DNA of 64,000 nucleotides. Origin: Octopus bimaculoides. Its lineage: Eukaryota. Below, one piece after another: positions 49,901 to 62,804 of the stretch (position 1 is the stretch's first letter; each line of letters starts with the position of its first letter). A program made the translations under genes and the position numbers. Below the pieces are notes generated by a model. The model saw only the letters and a program-made list of their open reading frames with translations. It made no database searches and was not told the origin of the DNA. The stretch lies in contig NC_068983.1 in the NCBI RefSeq assembly GCF_001194135.2, positions 11,761,643 to 11,825,642 of the forward strand, written 5' to 3'.

Positions 49901-50903
49901 TGTAGGTTTGGCGATGCAAACCTATATGTGTGTGTGTGAGTGACAGAGATAATATATAATCGATAATAAATGATAGTAAAGAAAGGTAAGAGGAAAACAG
50001 AAGAATTGATAAGGGAAATCAACAAAATAACATTGACAGACAACAGAGATGAAAAGAACGATATAGCAAGTGCGTGTGTGTTCTTTGATTGTTAAAGATT
50101 AATGCGTGTGTGCACAGGATTAAACAAAATTGGAGAGTTCGAAATATTCAGAGAATTGATAAGGGAAGGGAGTGAACTCTCGTTAGTAAGCTTGTCAATC
50201 GATTTATATTCAAATTAGCAGATCTACTTTTAAGTTACCGCTTACTGCCTTAAAAATAAGAGGCTACGTTTTATAATGTAATCCTAAATATTAATAGATG
50301 TCTTATAGACGTTATGGACACTTTAAATAAGACCTAGCATGGGCTTAAAAAAATTTGTCAATCAGCCAGTCTTATGAAAGAGAGTCGAAGAAGGTCGTTT
50401 GAACAGCTAGAAACAGCGACCAAATCTATTTGTAATTGCATCCTAACGTCTTGAAAAGGGAAGGATACTTTTGATGACCCAGTTCTAGCGATATGTGGGT
50501 TAAGGTATAAAACAAAAAAACAAGGCTATGTCATACTTGGAACTACTTTGATTATAGCGCTATTCGGGGAAAAGAAAAATTACCGAAGGTTAAACGACAA
50601 ATTGTTTAGGAATAATTGGATAAGGTGACTTAAAGTGTCAAGAAAAAAAAAAGAAAAACAGTAGAGTGAAGAGTGAATTGGATGGAGCGCGCGTGGTTAT
50701 TTCTTTAAACTGGTTTAGGTCATTGGACTGCGACCATGCTGGGGCACTGTGTGTGTGTGCTGTTAAATTTCTTAACAAATAACCTTAAGTACTGTATCTG
50801 TTTGCCAGTTCGAAAATATTTCTGTGATATTAATAAGATTTAATTTATTAATAATTTAGTAATAAGATTTAATTTATTTCTTAAGTTAACAAGTAAATTT
50901 TAT

Positions 50904-51300
50904 AGGTGCAGGATTGGCTGCGTGGTAAGTAGCTTGCTTACCAACCACATGGTTCCAGGTTCAGTCCCACTGCATGGCATCTTAGGCAAGTTCTTCTAGC
51001 CTCAGGTCAACCAAAGCCATGTGAGTGGATTTGGTAGACGGAAACTGAAAGAAGACCGTCGTATATATATATATAAATATAAATATATATATGTTTGTGT
51101 GTCTGTGTTTGTTCCCCCAACATCGCTTGACAACCGATGCTGGTGTGTTTATGTCTCCGTCACTTAGTGGTTCGGCATAAGAGGCTGATAGAATAAGTAC
51201 TAGGTCAATTTGCTCGACTGGGGTCAATTTGCGTGACTAAAGGCGGTGCTCCAACATGGCTGCAGTCAAATGACTGAAACAGATAAAACAATAAAAAAAG
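50904..51300 (+). mobile_element. SINE-A copy
   Basis: Collinear with 14174-14583. Confidence 0.9.
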
Positions 51301-51439
51301 AAAAAAAGAAAGAATATGGCCAGTTTAAATGCTTAAAGAGTTTAATGCATCAAATGGCATTCTTTTGTTCCAAGAAATAAATCTTTCAAAAATGATGGTG
51401 TCTATTTACTTTTGAGATGTCTCTGAATATTATTTTTTT

Positions 51440-51972
51440 ATTCTTTTACTTGTTTCAGTCATTACTTATTCTATCGGTTCCATTTGCTGAACCACTAAGT
51501 TACCGGGATGTAAATACATCAACACTGGTTGTCAAACGGTGAAGGGGGGGGGGATACAAACACAGACACAAAGACACACGCACATAGATACACACACACA
51601 CACACACACACACAAAGGATGGGCTTCTTTCACTTCTAAGGTTTTGGTCAGCTTAGAGATATTGTAGTAAAAGACATTTGCCCAAGGAGCCATGCAATGA
51701 GACTGAACCTGGAACCATGTGGTTGGAAAGCAAGCTTCTTATTTCTTTACTGCCTACAAGGGGCTAAACATAGAGGGGACAAACAAGGACAGACAAAGGG
51801 ATTAAGTTGATTACATCGACCCCAGTGCTTAACTGGTACTTAATTTATCGAGTCCGAAAAGATGAAAGGCAAAGTCGACCTCGGAGGAATTTGAACTCAG
51901 AACATAATGGCAGACGATATACTGCTAAGCATTTCACCTGGAGTGCTAATGATTCTGCCATCTCGCCGCCTT
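51440..51972 (-). mobile_element. SINE-A (51440-51745) abutting SINE-B (51740-51972)
   Basis: RC similarity to the other copies. Confidence 0.82.
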
Positions 51973-52449
51973 CTTACCACACAACCATTGTGGAATTGCG
52001 TTAAGACATTGGTGGCCTTGGGTCTCATTACTCCAAGTCAATACATAAATCCAACTAAACAAATTAATGGCTTTATACAGTCTTTTATCTATAATATATT
52101 TATCTATTGATTATTTTCTGTGTAAATAAATGTTTAGAGTTTGAAGTCTCTTGAACTTTGCCCTCATATTGAACTAAAAATGAACTTGTAGCCACCAATA
52201 ATTTTGTATTGTAAATGGTATATCAACGTAGTCGTCTTCTCTTATAGAAATTTCTCTAGTTTCTCCTTAGGGAATATTTTATTTCAAAGCTCTGTCACTT
52301 TCAATATCAATCGGTCAAACTTTTAACATTTTACTTTGAATGAATTTCCTGCAAAGCGTTCCTTGTATATCAAGTGTCAAATTTCAGTTGGATTAGATTT
52401 CCAGAATGTTCTGATTCATTTTGCCAGACTGGGGTTACATAAATTCATG

Positions 52450-53176
52450 AAAACACACACACACACACACATTCACACGCACAAACACACACACACATTC
52501 ACACACACACACACATTCACACACATTCACATGCACACACACATTCACATGCACACGCACACACATGCATGTGTGCATGGACACACATTCACATGCATAC
52601 ACACACACACATACATTCACATGCACACACTCACACACACATTCACACACATTCACACACATTCACATGCACACACACACACATTCTCATACACATGCAC
52701 ACATACTCACAAGCACATATATGCACACATGCAGACACACACACTCAAACCTACTGACATGCACACATAAATGCATGTACACTTACACACACACACACAG
52801 TTTGAGGATTAATCAATACTCTTATTAATATGTCTGTCAAATGGTAAATGGTGAGAGAAATTAATATCTTTTCTGCTCAAAAGTACCAGTTATTGTCATT
52901 TCCTTTATTTCTTTCTTTCTTNNNNNNNNNNACACACATTCACACACACACACACATTCACACACATTCACATGCACACACACATTCACATGCACACGCA
53001 CACACATGCATGTGTGCATGGACACACATTCACATGCATACACACACACACATACATTCACATGCACACACTCACACACACATTCACACACATTCACACA
53101 CATTCACATGCACACACACACACATTCTCATACACATGCACACATACTCACAAGCACATATATGCACACATGCAGA
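52450..53176. repeat. CA-rich cryptic minisatellite, duplicated across a small gap
   Basis: acacacattcacatgc-type units; 52932-53176 repeats ~52490-52735. Confidence 0.9.
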
Positions 53177-53869
53177 NNNNNNNNNNNNNNNNNNNNNNNN
53201 NNNNNNNNNNNNNNNNNNNNNNNNNNNNNNNNNNNNNNNNNNNNNNNNNNNNNNNNNNNNNNNNNNNNNNNNNNNNNNNNNNNNNNNNNNNNNNNNNNNN
53301 NNNNNNNNNNNNNNNNNNNNNNNNNNNNNNNNNNNNNNNNNNNNNNNNNNNNNNNNNNNNNNNNNNNNNNNNNNNNNNNNNNNNNNNNNNNNNNNNNNNN
53401 NNNNNNNNNNNNNNNNNNNNNNNNNNNNNNNNNNNNNNNNNNNNNNNNNNNNNNNNNNNNNNNNNNNNNNNNNNNNNNNNNNNNNNNNNNNNNNNNNNNN
53501 NNNNNNNNNNNNNNNNNNNNNNNNNNNNNNNNNNNNNNNNNNNNNNNNNNNNNNNNNNNNNNNNNNNNNNNNNNNNNNNNNNNNNNNNNNNNNNNNNNNN
53601 NNNNNNNNNNNNNNNNNNNNNNNNNNNNNNNNNNNNNNCCTCCCCTCCCCTCCTCCTCCTTTTAAACTGTCATCTTTTTCATTCAGCATCTCTTAGCTCT
53701 CCTTCCTTCTTTTTTCCTTCCTTCCTTCCTTCCTTCCTTCCTTTGCTCATTCATTTTTCGTTGTTCATTCATTCATTCCTTCCTTCCTTCCATCCTTCCA
53801 TTCCTCCATCTTCCCTTCACTCATTCCTTCTTTCCTTCATTCATTAAACTCAAGCATGACTATATGAAT

Positions 53870-53905
<36 letters not shown>

Positions 53906-53979
53906 ATGGACACATGAATACATGAACACACATGCACATAGACACACATATGCACATACATAGATGTTTATATATATAC

Positions 53980-54712
53980 TCTTTACTCTCTTTTACTTGT
54001 TTCAGTAATTTGACTGCGACCATGCTGGAGCACCGCCTTTAGTCGAGCAAATTGACCCCAGGACTTATTCTTTGTAAGCCTAGTACTTATTCTATTGGTT
54101 TCTTTTGCTGAACCACTAAGTTACGGGGACGTAAACACACCAGCATCTGTTGTCAAGCAATGCTAGGGGGACAAACACAGACACACAAACATACATACAC
54201 ACATATACATACATATATATGATAGGCTTCTTTCAGTTTCCATCTACCAAATTCACTCACAAGGCTTTGGTCAGCCTGAGGCTATAGTAGAAGACTCTAG
54301 TCCAAGATGCCACGCAGTGAAACTGAACCCAGAACCATGTGGTTGGTAAGCAAGCTACTTACCACACTGCCACTTCTATGCCTATACATATATACGACGG
54401 GCTTCTTTCAGTTTCCGTCTACCAAATCCACTTACAAGGCTTTGGTCAGTCCAAAGCTATAGTAGAAGACACTTGCCCAAGATGCCATGCAGTGGGACTG
54501 AACCCGGAACCATGTGGTTGGTAAGCAGGCTACTTATCACATAGCTACTTCTGTGCCTATACATATATATGACAGGCTTCTTTCAGTTTCTGTCTGCCAA
54601 ATCCACTCACAAGGCTTTGGTCAGCCCGAGGCTATAGTAGAAGACACTTGCAGTGGGAATGAACCCAGAACCATGTGGTTGGTAAGCAAGCTACTTACCA
54701 CATAGCCACTCA
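53980..54712 (-). mobile_element. SINE-A with three tandem heads (175-bp period)
   Basis: ga(c/t)(a/g)ggcttctttcagtttc recurs at 54221, 54396 and 54571; a single tail at 53980-54220. Confidence 0.9.
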
Positions 54713-54924
54713 TATAAATTTTATATGGTTTTGATGTTTGTTTTTCTTTTATTGATCTGTTGTTGTTTATTCCTAGGTTAGTCCTAAACAAGCAGACCCA
54801 TGATTCATCCCATCTTGATTCATCCCATCTTTATTCTGAGACCTGCATGTATTGAAAAAAATTTTCAAGTCAAAATCTATCCTGAGTCTAGAGCTATTTT
54901 CCACAATTTCCATGTCATCTAAGT

Positions 54925-55264
54925 CAGGAGTTTCCAAAATGTGGTCCACAGACCACAGGGGGTCCAGAAGGACATGACAGGGGGTCCGCAAGGACATGAC
55001 AGGGGGTCCGCAAAGACATGACAGGGGGTCCGTGGACAGCAAATACTTTTTGTGGGTAATTTGATTTTATATATGTTTTTTAATCGAAATCTTTTAATTG
55101 ACAATAAACCTATTTGTTAAATACTGTTAAATAAATAAATGTAAAAATATATGTTATTTAAGCAAATATCTATGTATAAATTTCATAAGCATTTATAAGG
55201 GGGTCCCTAAGGTAAAGCCTGAAATATAAAGGGGTCCGCAAGTCAAAAAGTTTGAAAACCCCTG
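54925..55264. mobile_element. hAT MITE with an internal 22-bp tandem repeat
   Basis: TIRs CAGGAGTTTCCAAA / TTTGAAAACCCCTG; perfect TSD ATCTAAGT (54917-54924, 55265-55272); ACAGGGGGTCCGCAAGGACATG units at 54955, 54977, 54999 and 55021. Confidence 0.9.
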
Positions 55265-55809
55265 ATCTAAGTGACTGAAAGTGCAAGATTCTTCTATCAT
55301 TGGGATTCCAGACAGTTGTCGAGTTAAACTGTCACCAATAACTCTTTTCAGTTGAGCAGACTGAAACAGTGTGAAACAAGTGCCTTGCTCAAGAATATAA
55401 GATGGTGCCTGATCTAAGAATGACCTCACAATTGTAAGTTGAACACTTAAACCACAGTGAATGTATCTTCATACAGCATACTTATCACTACATGTTCTGT
55501 GTATTCCCATTTGTCAAGAAAGTAGGCTGTGACTTAAGGGAGATTTTGTTGCTATTTTTGGTAGGTTTAACAATCGCTTACATAAATTTCTTCTTATTTG
55601 TGGCTTGAAATACAACAGGAGTTTTTTGAAGAATTGGTCATTGTGCTCTGTTATTGGTATCAACCTCTTTCCATGTCTTTAATCTAGCTTCTGAAAATTT
55701 ACCAATTTTTTTCTCAAATTCTTTTGGGGTAATATTGTATTTTCAAAGAATTTCAAGAATAGCCAAATTGATTATAAAAATGTTCATTTGTTTATTTTGT
55801 AGAAGAGCC

Positions 55810-56031
55810 ATTTTTCATTACTGTATTTATTTTGAGATGCTCTGTGTTTCTTTCAATTAATTTCAAATATAACAAAGAATTTAGTAATATAACATAGTTA
55901 TCATTAAGCTTGTGTTAGAAACATAAATTATGACTAATGTTTGGCGGAAGATTTTAATTCAAAATTTATGAAAACAAGACATTTGTACTACAGAGCCAGA
56001 AACGGTTTCAGTCGGGTTGGTATCGAAAGGG
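55810..56031. mobile_element. piggyBac-type MITE, left end decayed
   Basis: Ends ggttggtatcgaaaggg-TTAA (56032-56035). Confidence 0.55.
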
Positions 56032-56220
56032 TTAACCACAAAAGAACACTTATCAAACAAACACTACATTAAAATACATTTATTTCTGAATCTACACCCA
56101 CAATACCCTGAGCTATTGAAGAGAACCTTTATATCAAGAGTGGGGAAATCCCTGCCTGTGCTCATGGGCACCTTTTATTGTACTCGCAGGCTGATTGATA
56201 TACTCATATGTGCAAGATAT

Positions 56221-56612
56221 ACTCTTTTACTCTTTTACTTGTTTCAGTCATTTGACTGTGGCCATGCTGGAGCACCGCCTTTAGTCGAGCAAATCGACCC
56301 CCAGCACTTATTCTTTGTAAGCCTAGTACTTACTCTATCGGTCTATTTTGCCGAACTGCTAAGTTATGGGGACGTAAACACACCAGCATCAGTTGTCAAG
56401 CAATGTTGGGTGGACAAACACAGACACACAAACATATACACACACATACATGTATATATACATATATACGACGGGCTTCCGTTTCCGTTTACCAAATTCA
56501 CTCACAAGGCTTTGGTTGGCCCGAGGCTATAGTAGAAGACACGCAATGGGACTGAACCCAGAACCATGCGGTTGGTAAGCAAGCTACTTACAACACAGCC
56601 ACTCCTGCGCCT
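56221..56612 (-). mobile_element. SINE-A copy
   Basis: RC collinear with 14174-14583. Confidence 0.9.
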
Positions 56613-57144
56613 ATGTACAAGATTTACACAGATATAAGTGCTAAAACTTGTGATCCACCCACGGACCTTTCCCTTTGGAAATTTTTGCCTGCCGCACTAA
56701 AAGGTTTCCCCCGCCCCTGCTCTATATGGACAGTAAAAACTCTCACAAAACAATCCTTACATAAAAAAAAAAACAACAAAGAAAGAAAACAAAAACAAAA
56801 ACAAAGCGAACAGAAAAGACATATTGGATAATATAATCTTAGTTACACGATGATGAGAGTTAAACTGGGATGGTTATGCTTTCAGTGTATTTAATCAAAC
56901 GTCTGCTCAATCAGAACTGACTTGAAGGCTAAACAGTAACAATATGATGATGTTTGTTCTTTTTTTTTTTTTTTTTTTTTNNNNNNNNNNNNNNNNNNNN
57001 NNNNNNNNNNNNNNNNNNNNNNNNNNNNNNNNNNNNNNNNNNNNNNNNNNNNNNNNNNNNNNNNNNNNNNNTTGTAGAATTTAACGTTAGCGTCTTATGA
57101 AGCTAAATTTATAAGTTCTAAAATTCCAGAAGAATTCGTTGCTG

Positions 57145-57216
57145 GGCAGTTTAGTTTAATGGTAAAACACTTGACGCGTAATCACAGAGATGTGAGTTCG
57201 AGTCTCATGGCTGGCC
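57145..57216 (+). pseudogene. Degenerate tRNA-like gene (Thr-CGT-like anticodon position)
   Basis: 72-nt cloverleaf spacing: D stem GTTT/AAAC, T arm GTGAG-TTCGAGT-CTCAT, acceptor stem with 1 mismatch, anticodon stem only 3 bp, position 33 is G; TTTTT at 57226-57230. Confidence 0.55.
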
Positions 57217-57467
57217 GGTAACGTATTTTTCTGCATAATATGGATAATTTATCCTGATCACGCTATTTATAGCATTATCACGCGTTTGAGAAATAAATTT
57301 ATTTCTGTTCATACAATATGATGATGATTTCTGAATTCCATGAACTCATCTGTTTAGATGTTAAAATCTGAGAAAATCTTCTGTATTGCTAATTTCTTCT
57401 GCCTTTTAATTTCATTCTGGTGCGGAATTTGAAATCCATATTATTACTGCAGAGGTGTAGTTGTGGG

Positions 57468-57880
57468 TGCATGTTTAAGAAGTTTGTTTCCCCAACATAT
57501 GGTTTCAGGTTCAATCACACTGTGTGGAACTTTGGACAAGTGTCTTCTATCACAGCCCTGGGTTGACCAAAGCTTTTGGAGTGGATTGGTAGATGGAAAC
57601 TGAGAGAAGCCCATCATGTATATATATGTGTGTGTGTATGTGTATGTGCGTGTGTGTGTGTGTTTTTGTCTTTGTGTCTGTATTTGTCCCCCACCATTGC
57701 TTGACAACCGATGTTGGTCTGTTTTCATCCCTGTAACTTAGCGGTTTGGCAAAAGAGACCGATAGAATAAGTACTTGGCTTACAAAGAATAAGTCCCAGG
57801 GTTGATTTCTTTGACTAAAACCATTTAAGGTGATACTACATCATGGCCACAGTCAAATAACTGAAACAAGTAAAAAAAAA
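57468..57880 (+). mobile_element. SINE-A copy (older)
   Basis: Collinear with 14174-14583. Confidence 0.82.
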
Positions 57881-57884
57881 TATA

Positions 57885-58795
57885 CATCATCATCATCATC
57901 ATCATCATTTTATGTCTGTTGTGCATGCTGGCATGGGTTGGACAGTTTGACCAGGGCTAGCAAGCTGGAAGTACACATCAGACTCCAGTCTCATTTGACA
58001 AGATTTCTATGGCTGGATGGCCTTCCTAATGCCAACCACTCTGAGAGTGTAATGGATGTTTTTACGTGCCACCAGCATGGGTGCCATTTGTGTGACACTA
58101 GTATCTGCTAAAACTGCGACTTACTTGGCTTGATGGGTCTTCTTCTCAAGCACAACATAATGCCAAATGTTTTGGTCATTTGTCATTGCTTCTGTGAGGC
58201 CCAACACTCAAAAGGAGCTTTTCACACACCATCGGCATCAACCACTTTGCCTCTGTGAGGTCCAATGCTTCAAAGGTGCTTTTTATGTACCACCAGCATT
58301 GGGTGCCAGTTATGGGACACCAGCATCAACCATGACTATGATTTCATTTGGTTTGATGGGTCTTTTCAAGCACAGAATATCGTCAAAGGTCTCAGTCAGT
58401 AGTCATTGTGTCTGTGAGTGAGTTTCAAAGTTTGAAAGTCATGCTTCACCATCTTGTCCCATGTCTTCCTGGATCTACTTCTGCCACAGGTTCTCTCGCC
58501 ACACTTAGAGTTCGGCACTTCTTTCTGCAGCTGTCCTTGTCCTAACACATCACATGACCATATCAGCGCAGTCATCTGATGTCTCTTATGCTCAGCTTTT
58601 CTCTCAAGATGCTTACACTCTGTTGAACATGCACACTGACGTTGCACATTCAGCGAAGTATACTGGCTTCCTTTCTTTCAAGCCTCCACATGTCCTCTGC
58701 AGTAACAGCCCATATTTCACTGCTGTATAGCATAGCAGATCACACACAGACATCATACAATCTGCCTTTCACTCTGAGGGAGAGGCCCTTATATG
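57885..58795 (-). mobile_element. RTE-clade LINE: RT C-terminus plus 3' UTR
   Basis: GLSLRVKGRLYDVCV*SAMLYSSEIWAVTAEDMWRLERKEASILR*MCNV...SRKTWDKMVKHDF, then UTR and (GAT)n. Confidence 0.88.
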
Positions 58796-59027
58796 CAGTG
58801 CTATATATTAATATATAGATATCTACATATTTATACTTGAATATTCAGAATCTAAAAATCTTAAGTCTTTGTTTTGTTTTTTGTTTACATGTATATATAT
58901 GTTGCTGTTGTTTGTTCCTTCTCGAACCATGCCTAGTTCATAAGGGCCGGTTTCCCGGTTTCATTGGTGTATAGGTTCCCCACCTGGATGGGACTCCGGT
59001 ATATATATGTATATATATGTATACATA

Positions 59028-59730
59028 TCATTGTCATCATCATCATCGTTTAACGTCCGCTTTCCATGCTAGCATTGGTTGGACGATTTGACTGAAGACT
59101 GGCGAACCAGATGGCTGCACCAGGCTCCAATCTGATCTGGCAGAGTTTCCACAACTGGATGCCCTTCCTAACGCTAACCACTCTGAGATTGTAGTGGGTG
59201 CCTTTACGTGCCACCGGCATGAGAGTCAGTCATGTGGTACTGGCAACGGCCACGCTCAAAATGGTGTTTTTTATGTGACACCTGCACAGGAGCCAGTCCA
59301 GCAGCACTGGAAACGACCTCGCTCGAATGATTTTCTAACATGTCACTGGTACAAGTGCCAGTAAGGTGACGCTAGTAACGATCATGCTCAAATGGTGCTA
59401 TTTACATGCCACTAGCACGGAAGCCAGACAGCTGCTCTGGTAATGATCACGCTTGGACAGTGCTGTTAGTGCTCCACTGACACAGGTGCCAGTCATCGAA
59501 TATGGTTCCATTATGATTTTGATTTCACTTGCCCTAACAGGTCTTCGCAAGCAGAGTTTAGTGTCCAAAGAAGGAGAGGTTGGCATGGGTGCCAGTCGTC
59601 GAATTTGGTTTGATTTTGATTCAAAATTCAAAATTCACTTGCCTCAACAGGTCTTCGCAAGCAGTGTTTAGTGTCCAATGAAGTAAAGATACGAATAAGT
59701 GAGCTGGCTACACTTCTGGCATTAGTATAT
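59028..59730 (-). mobile_element. RTE LINE 3' UTR
   Basis: RC collinear with 60500-60985. Confidence 0.88.
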
Positions 59731-59773
59731 CAATCCCAAGCTGTTACATTCAATTTGTTTATTGGCATAATTG

Positions 59774-59812
<39 letters not shown>

Positions 59813-60311
59813 TTTATATATATATGTCGTATGTATGTGTGTTGTGTTTCTGTGTGTTTGTGCATGTGTGTGTGTGAGTATATGACTGTTTGTGTCTCCT
59901 TTTGATATCATATTTTACTTGTAAAATAAATGTCACTGTCATTGAAGCATCGTCATTGATTTCCTATATTCTGTGAGAATGTGTTTAGCCATGGGGAAAT
60001 ATTACCTCAGTTGGAAACAGGTGAGGATTGGCAACAAGAAAATCTGCTCCAATAAACTCTGTCTGACCCATGCAAGCATAGAAAAGTGGACGTTAAAATG
60101 ATGATTCTAATTGTGTTTGAGACATATTTGGTCATAGCGAAATGCTTTGCAACATTCTGAATTCAAGTTCCACTGGGGTCGACTTTGCCTTTTATCCTTT
60201 CGAGATTGATAAATTAAGTACCAGTTGAGTACAGGGGTTAATATAACTCTACTTAACCCCTTCCACTAAATTTCAGATCTTGCACCTATAGCAGAAAGGA
60301 TTATTATTATA

Positions 60312-60349
<38 letters not shown>

Positions 60350-60370
60350 GATTATTATTATGATTATCAT

Positions 60371-60985
60371 CATGACCTTTGAACATTAGGCCTCACTGAG
60401 GCAATGACTTGTGACCGAGACCTTTGGAAATATGATGTGCGTGAGAAGACCCGGCAAGCCAAGTGAGACCATAATCCGAGGCCTCTGCCAGGGGTGTAGC
60501 CAGCCCACTTATGCGTACCTTACCTTTCCTTCATTGGATACTATACTCCGCTTGCGAAGACGTGTTCAAGCAAGTGAAATTGAAATCGAACCAAATTCGA
60601 CGACTGGCACCCATGCCAATGTCTCCTTCATTGGACACTAAACTCGGCTTGCGAAGACCTGTTCGGGCAAGTGAAAGCAAAACCGCCCGAGCGTGATCGT
60701 TGCCAGAGCAGCTGTAAGGCTTCTGTGCCAGTGGCACGTAAATAGCACCATTTCAGTGTGATCGTTACCAGCGTCACCTTCCTGGCACTTGTGCCGGTGG
60801 CACGTGAAAAGACATTCGAGCGAAGTCATTGCCAGTGCCGTTGGACTGGCTCCTGTGCAGGTGGCACGTAAAATACACCGCCGTTGCCAGTACCTGACTG
60901 GCCTTTGTGCCAGTGGCACGTAAAAGCACCCACTACACTCTTGGAGTGGTTGGCGTTAGGAAGGGCATCCAGCTGTAGAAACTCC
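60371..60985 (+). mobile_element. RTE LINE ORF end plus 3' UTR
   Basis: LGLTEAMTCDRDLWKYDVREKTRQAK*, then the modular UTR. Confidence 0.88.
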
Positions 60986-61261
60986 AGCCACCCATCCAGC
61001 CAGCCAGGCTAGTTCGGATTAAGACCTACCGAGACCCTAGCCTAACCCTTAAAAGATTTTGGTACCCCCATAAAAGATTATGCAATTCAAAATATAAACA
61101 ATGACAAACCATAAAATAAATTTTTCTTTTTCTGAACAAAACAAAACAGTAAGAGGCAAAATAATATTTATTTTTGTATACTTCCATTTTATTTATATTT
61201 GGAAAGTTTCCTCCTACTTTTTTGAATTGCAAACACTTTGATCAGATCTTCAAAATTAAAA

Positions 61262-61452
61262 GAGCACTCCGTCGGTTACGACGATGAAGGTCCCAGCTAA
61301 TACGATTAACGGAACAGCTTGCTCGTGAAATTAACGTACAAGTGACTGAGCAATCCCCAGACGCGTGTACCCCTAACGTAGATCTCAGGAAATGCAGGTA
61401 CTACTCATTTTTGCCAGCTGAGCGGACTGGAGCAACGTGAAATAAAGTGTCT
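61262..61452 (-). mobile_element. SINE-C/D tail fragment
   Basis: Matches 62487-62700. Confidence 0.8.
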
Positions 61453-62486
61453 TCAAAATTAATCTTAAGTAACACATCTGCATCTATACTTAATAGAGAT
61501 AAAGGCATCCTGAATATTATTTTAGTAAGTTTAAAGTGATTTTTTTGTGTGCCGTAAACCATTTACCATTTCTGTGGTGCCCTTCTCCTTCTCTTTATGT
61601 TCTAATTACGTGCTTATTTTGCTTAATGGTTAATCCAGCACTCCATCTATCCATCCATCATCTAGAGAGTGGAAGAAGAAAGGAAAAAGAAAGACTGAAA
61701 GAGATACGTGTGCGTGTTTTTTTTTTAATTGCTCATTATATTTCGTAATTTGTCATTTGTCTCTCGTTTATAAATATACATTATCAAAATAATGGTGTTC
61801 GCCAGCGTACATTGGTACACTTATTTCCTTGGGCAAATAAATGAATAATAATTATTATTATTAATATTATCATCATTAAAATATTAAAGGTGTGTAGGAA
61901 CAAGAAATTACACAAATTTTCCTGATTGTCAAGCCGACTATCGTATTAAGCACAAGCAATAAAATAACAAGGGAAATAATACGAGTAAAGGGAAGTAATT
62001 CGCTTTAATTAATTAATATCTGGTAAAGTTATCTCCCATAGTTTTAACGCGCTGTAGCAATTATAATCCTTTCTGTTATAGGCACGAGGCCTGAAGTTTG
62101 TGATGAGTGGGTAAGTCGATTCCATCGAAACCATGAAACTTTATCGACCCCGAAAGGATGAAAGATAAAGTCGACCTTAGTGGTATCTGAACTTAGAATC
62201 TAAAGACGGACGAAATACCGTTAAGCATTTTGTCCGGCGCTGTAACGATTCCGCCAGCTCACAATCTTACTGTAGCAATTATAATGCTCAAGACTTTTAC
62301 AATGGCGAACTGTTAAATTGTAACGCTCATATATTTTTAATAAAGTTTAATTGTAATGTAAATTATAATGTTTAAACTGAAAATAGAAGCCAGTACTCAT
62401 TGCCGTTTTACCATTTACTGAGAATGAATTTACTTGGTAAATTTTAGAACCTTTATATTCAACGGATGGCATGGCTGTGTGATAAG

Positions 62487-62800
62487 GAGCACTCCGTCGG
62501 TTACGACGACGAGGGTCCCAGCTGATACGATCAACGGAACAGCTTTCTCGTGAAATTAAGTGAGTGAGCAATCTACAGACACGTGTACCCTTAACGTAGT
62601 TCTCAGGGAGATTCAGCGTGACACAGAGTGTGACAAGAATGGCCCTTTGAAATACAGGTACTACTCATTTTTGCCAGCTGAGTGGACTGGAGCAACGTGA
62701 AACAAAATGTCTTGCTCAAGGATACAACGCGTCGCCGGGAATTGAACTCACGACCTTACGATCGTGAGCCGGATGCTCTTAACCACTAAGCCACGCGCCT
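62487..62800 (-). mobile_element. SINE with D-type head and C-type tail
   Basis: Minus head ggcgcgtggcttagtggttaag...gagttcaattccc; tail as at 36460-36637. Confidence 0.85.
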
Positions 62801-62804
62801 TCAC

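Noticed and set aside
52450-53176. His/Thr-rich ORFs suggesting a metal-binding protein
   Set aside because: CA-rich minisatellite, open in several frames and on both strands, and duplicated across a gap.
617-57071. Long ORFs containing X runs (e.g. 617-1342, 13063-13562, 14532-15451, 27896-28422, 43600-44229, 49432-50043, 52848-53847)
   Set aside because: They read through N-gaps; their length is an artefact.
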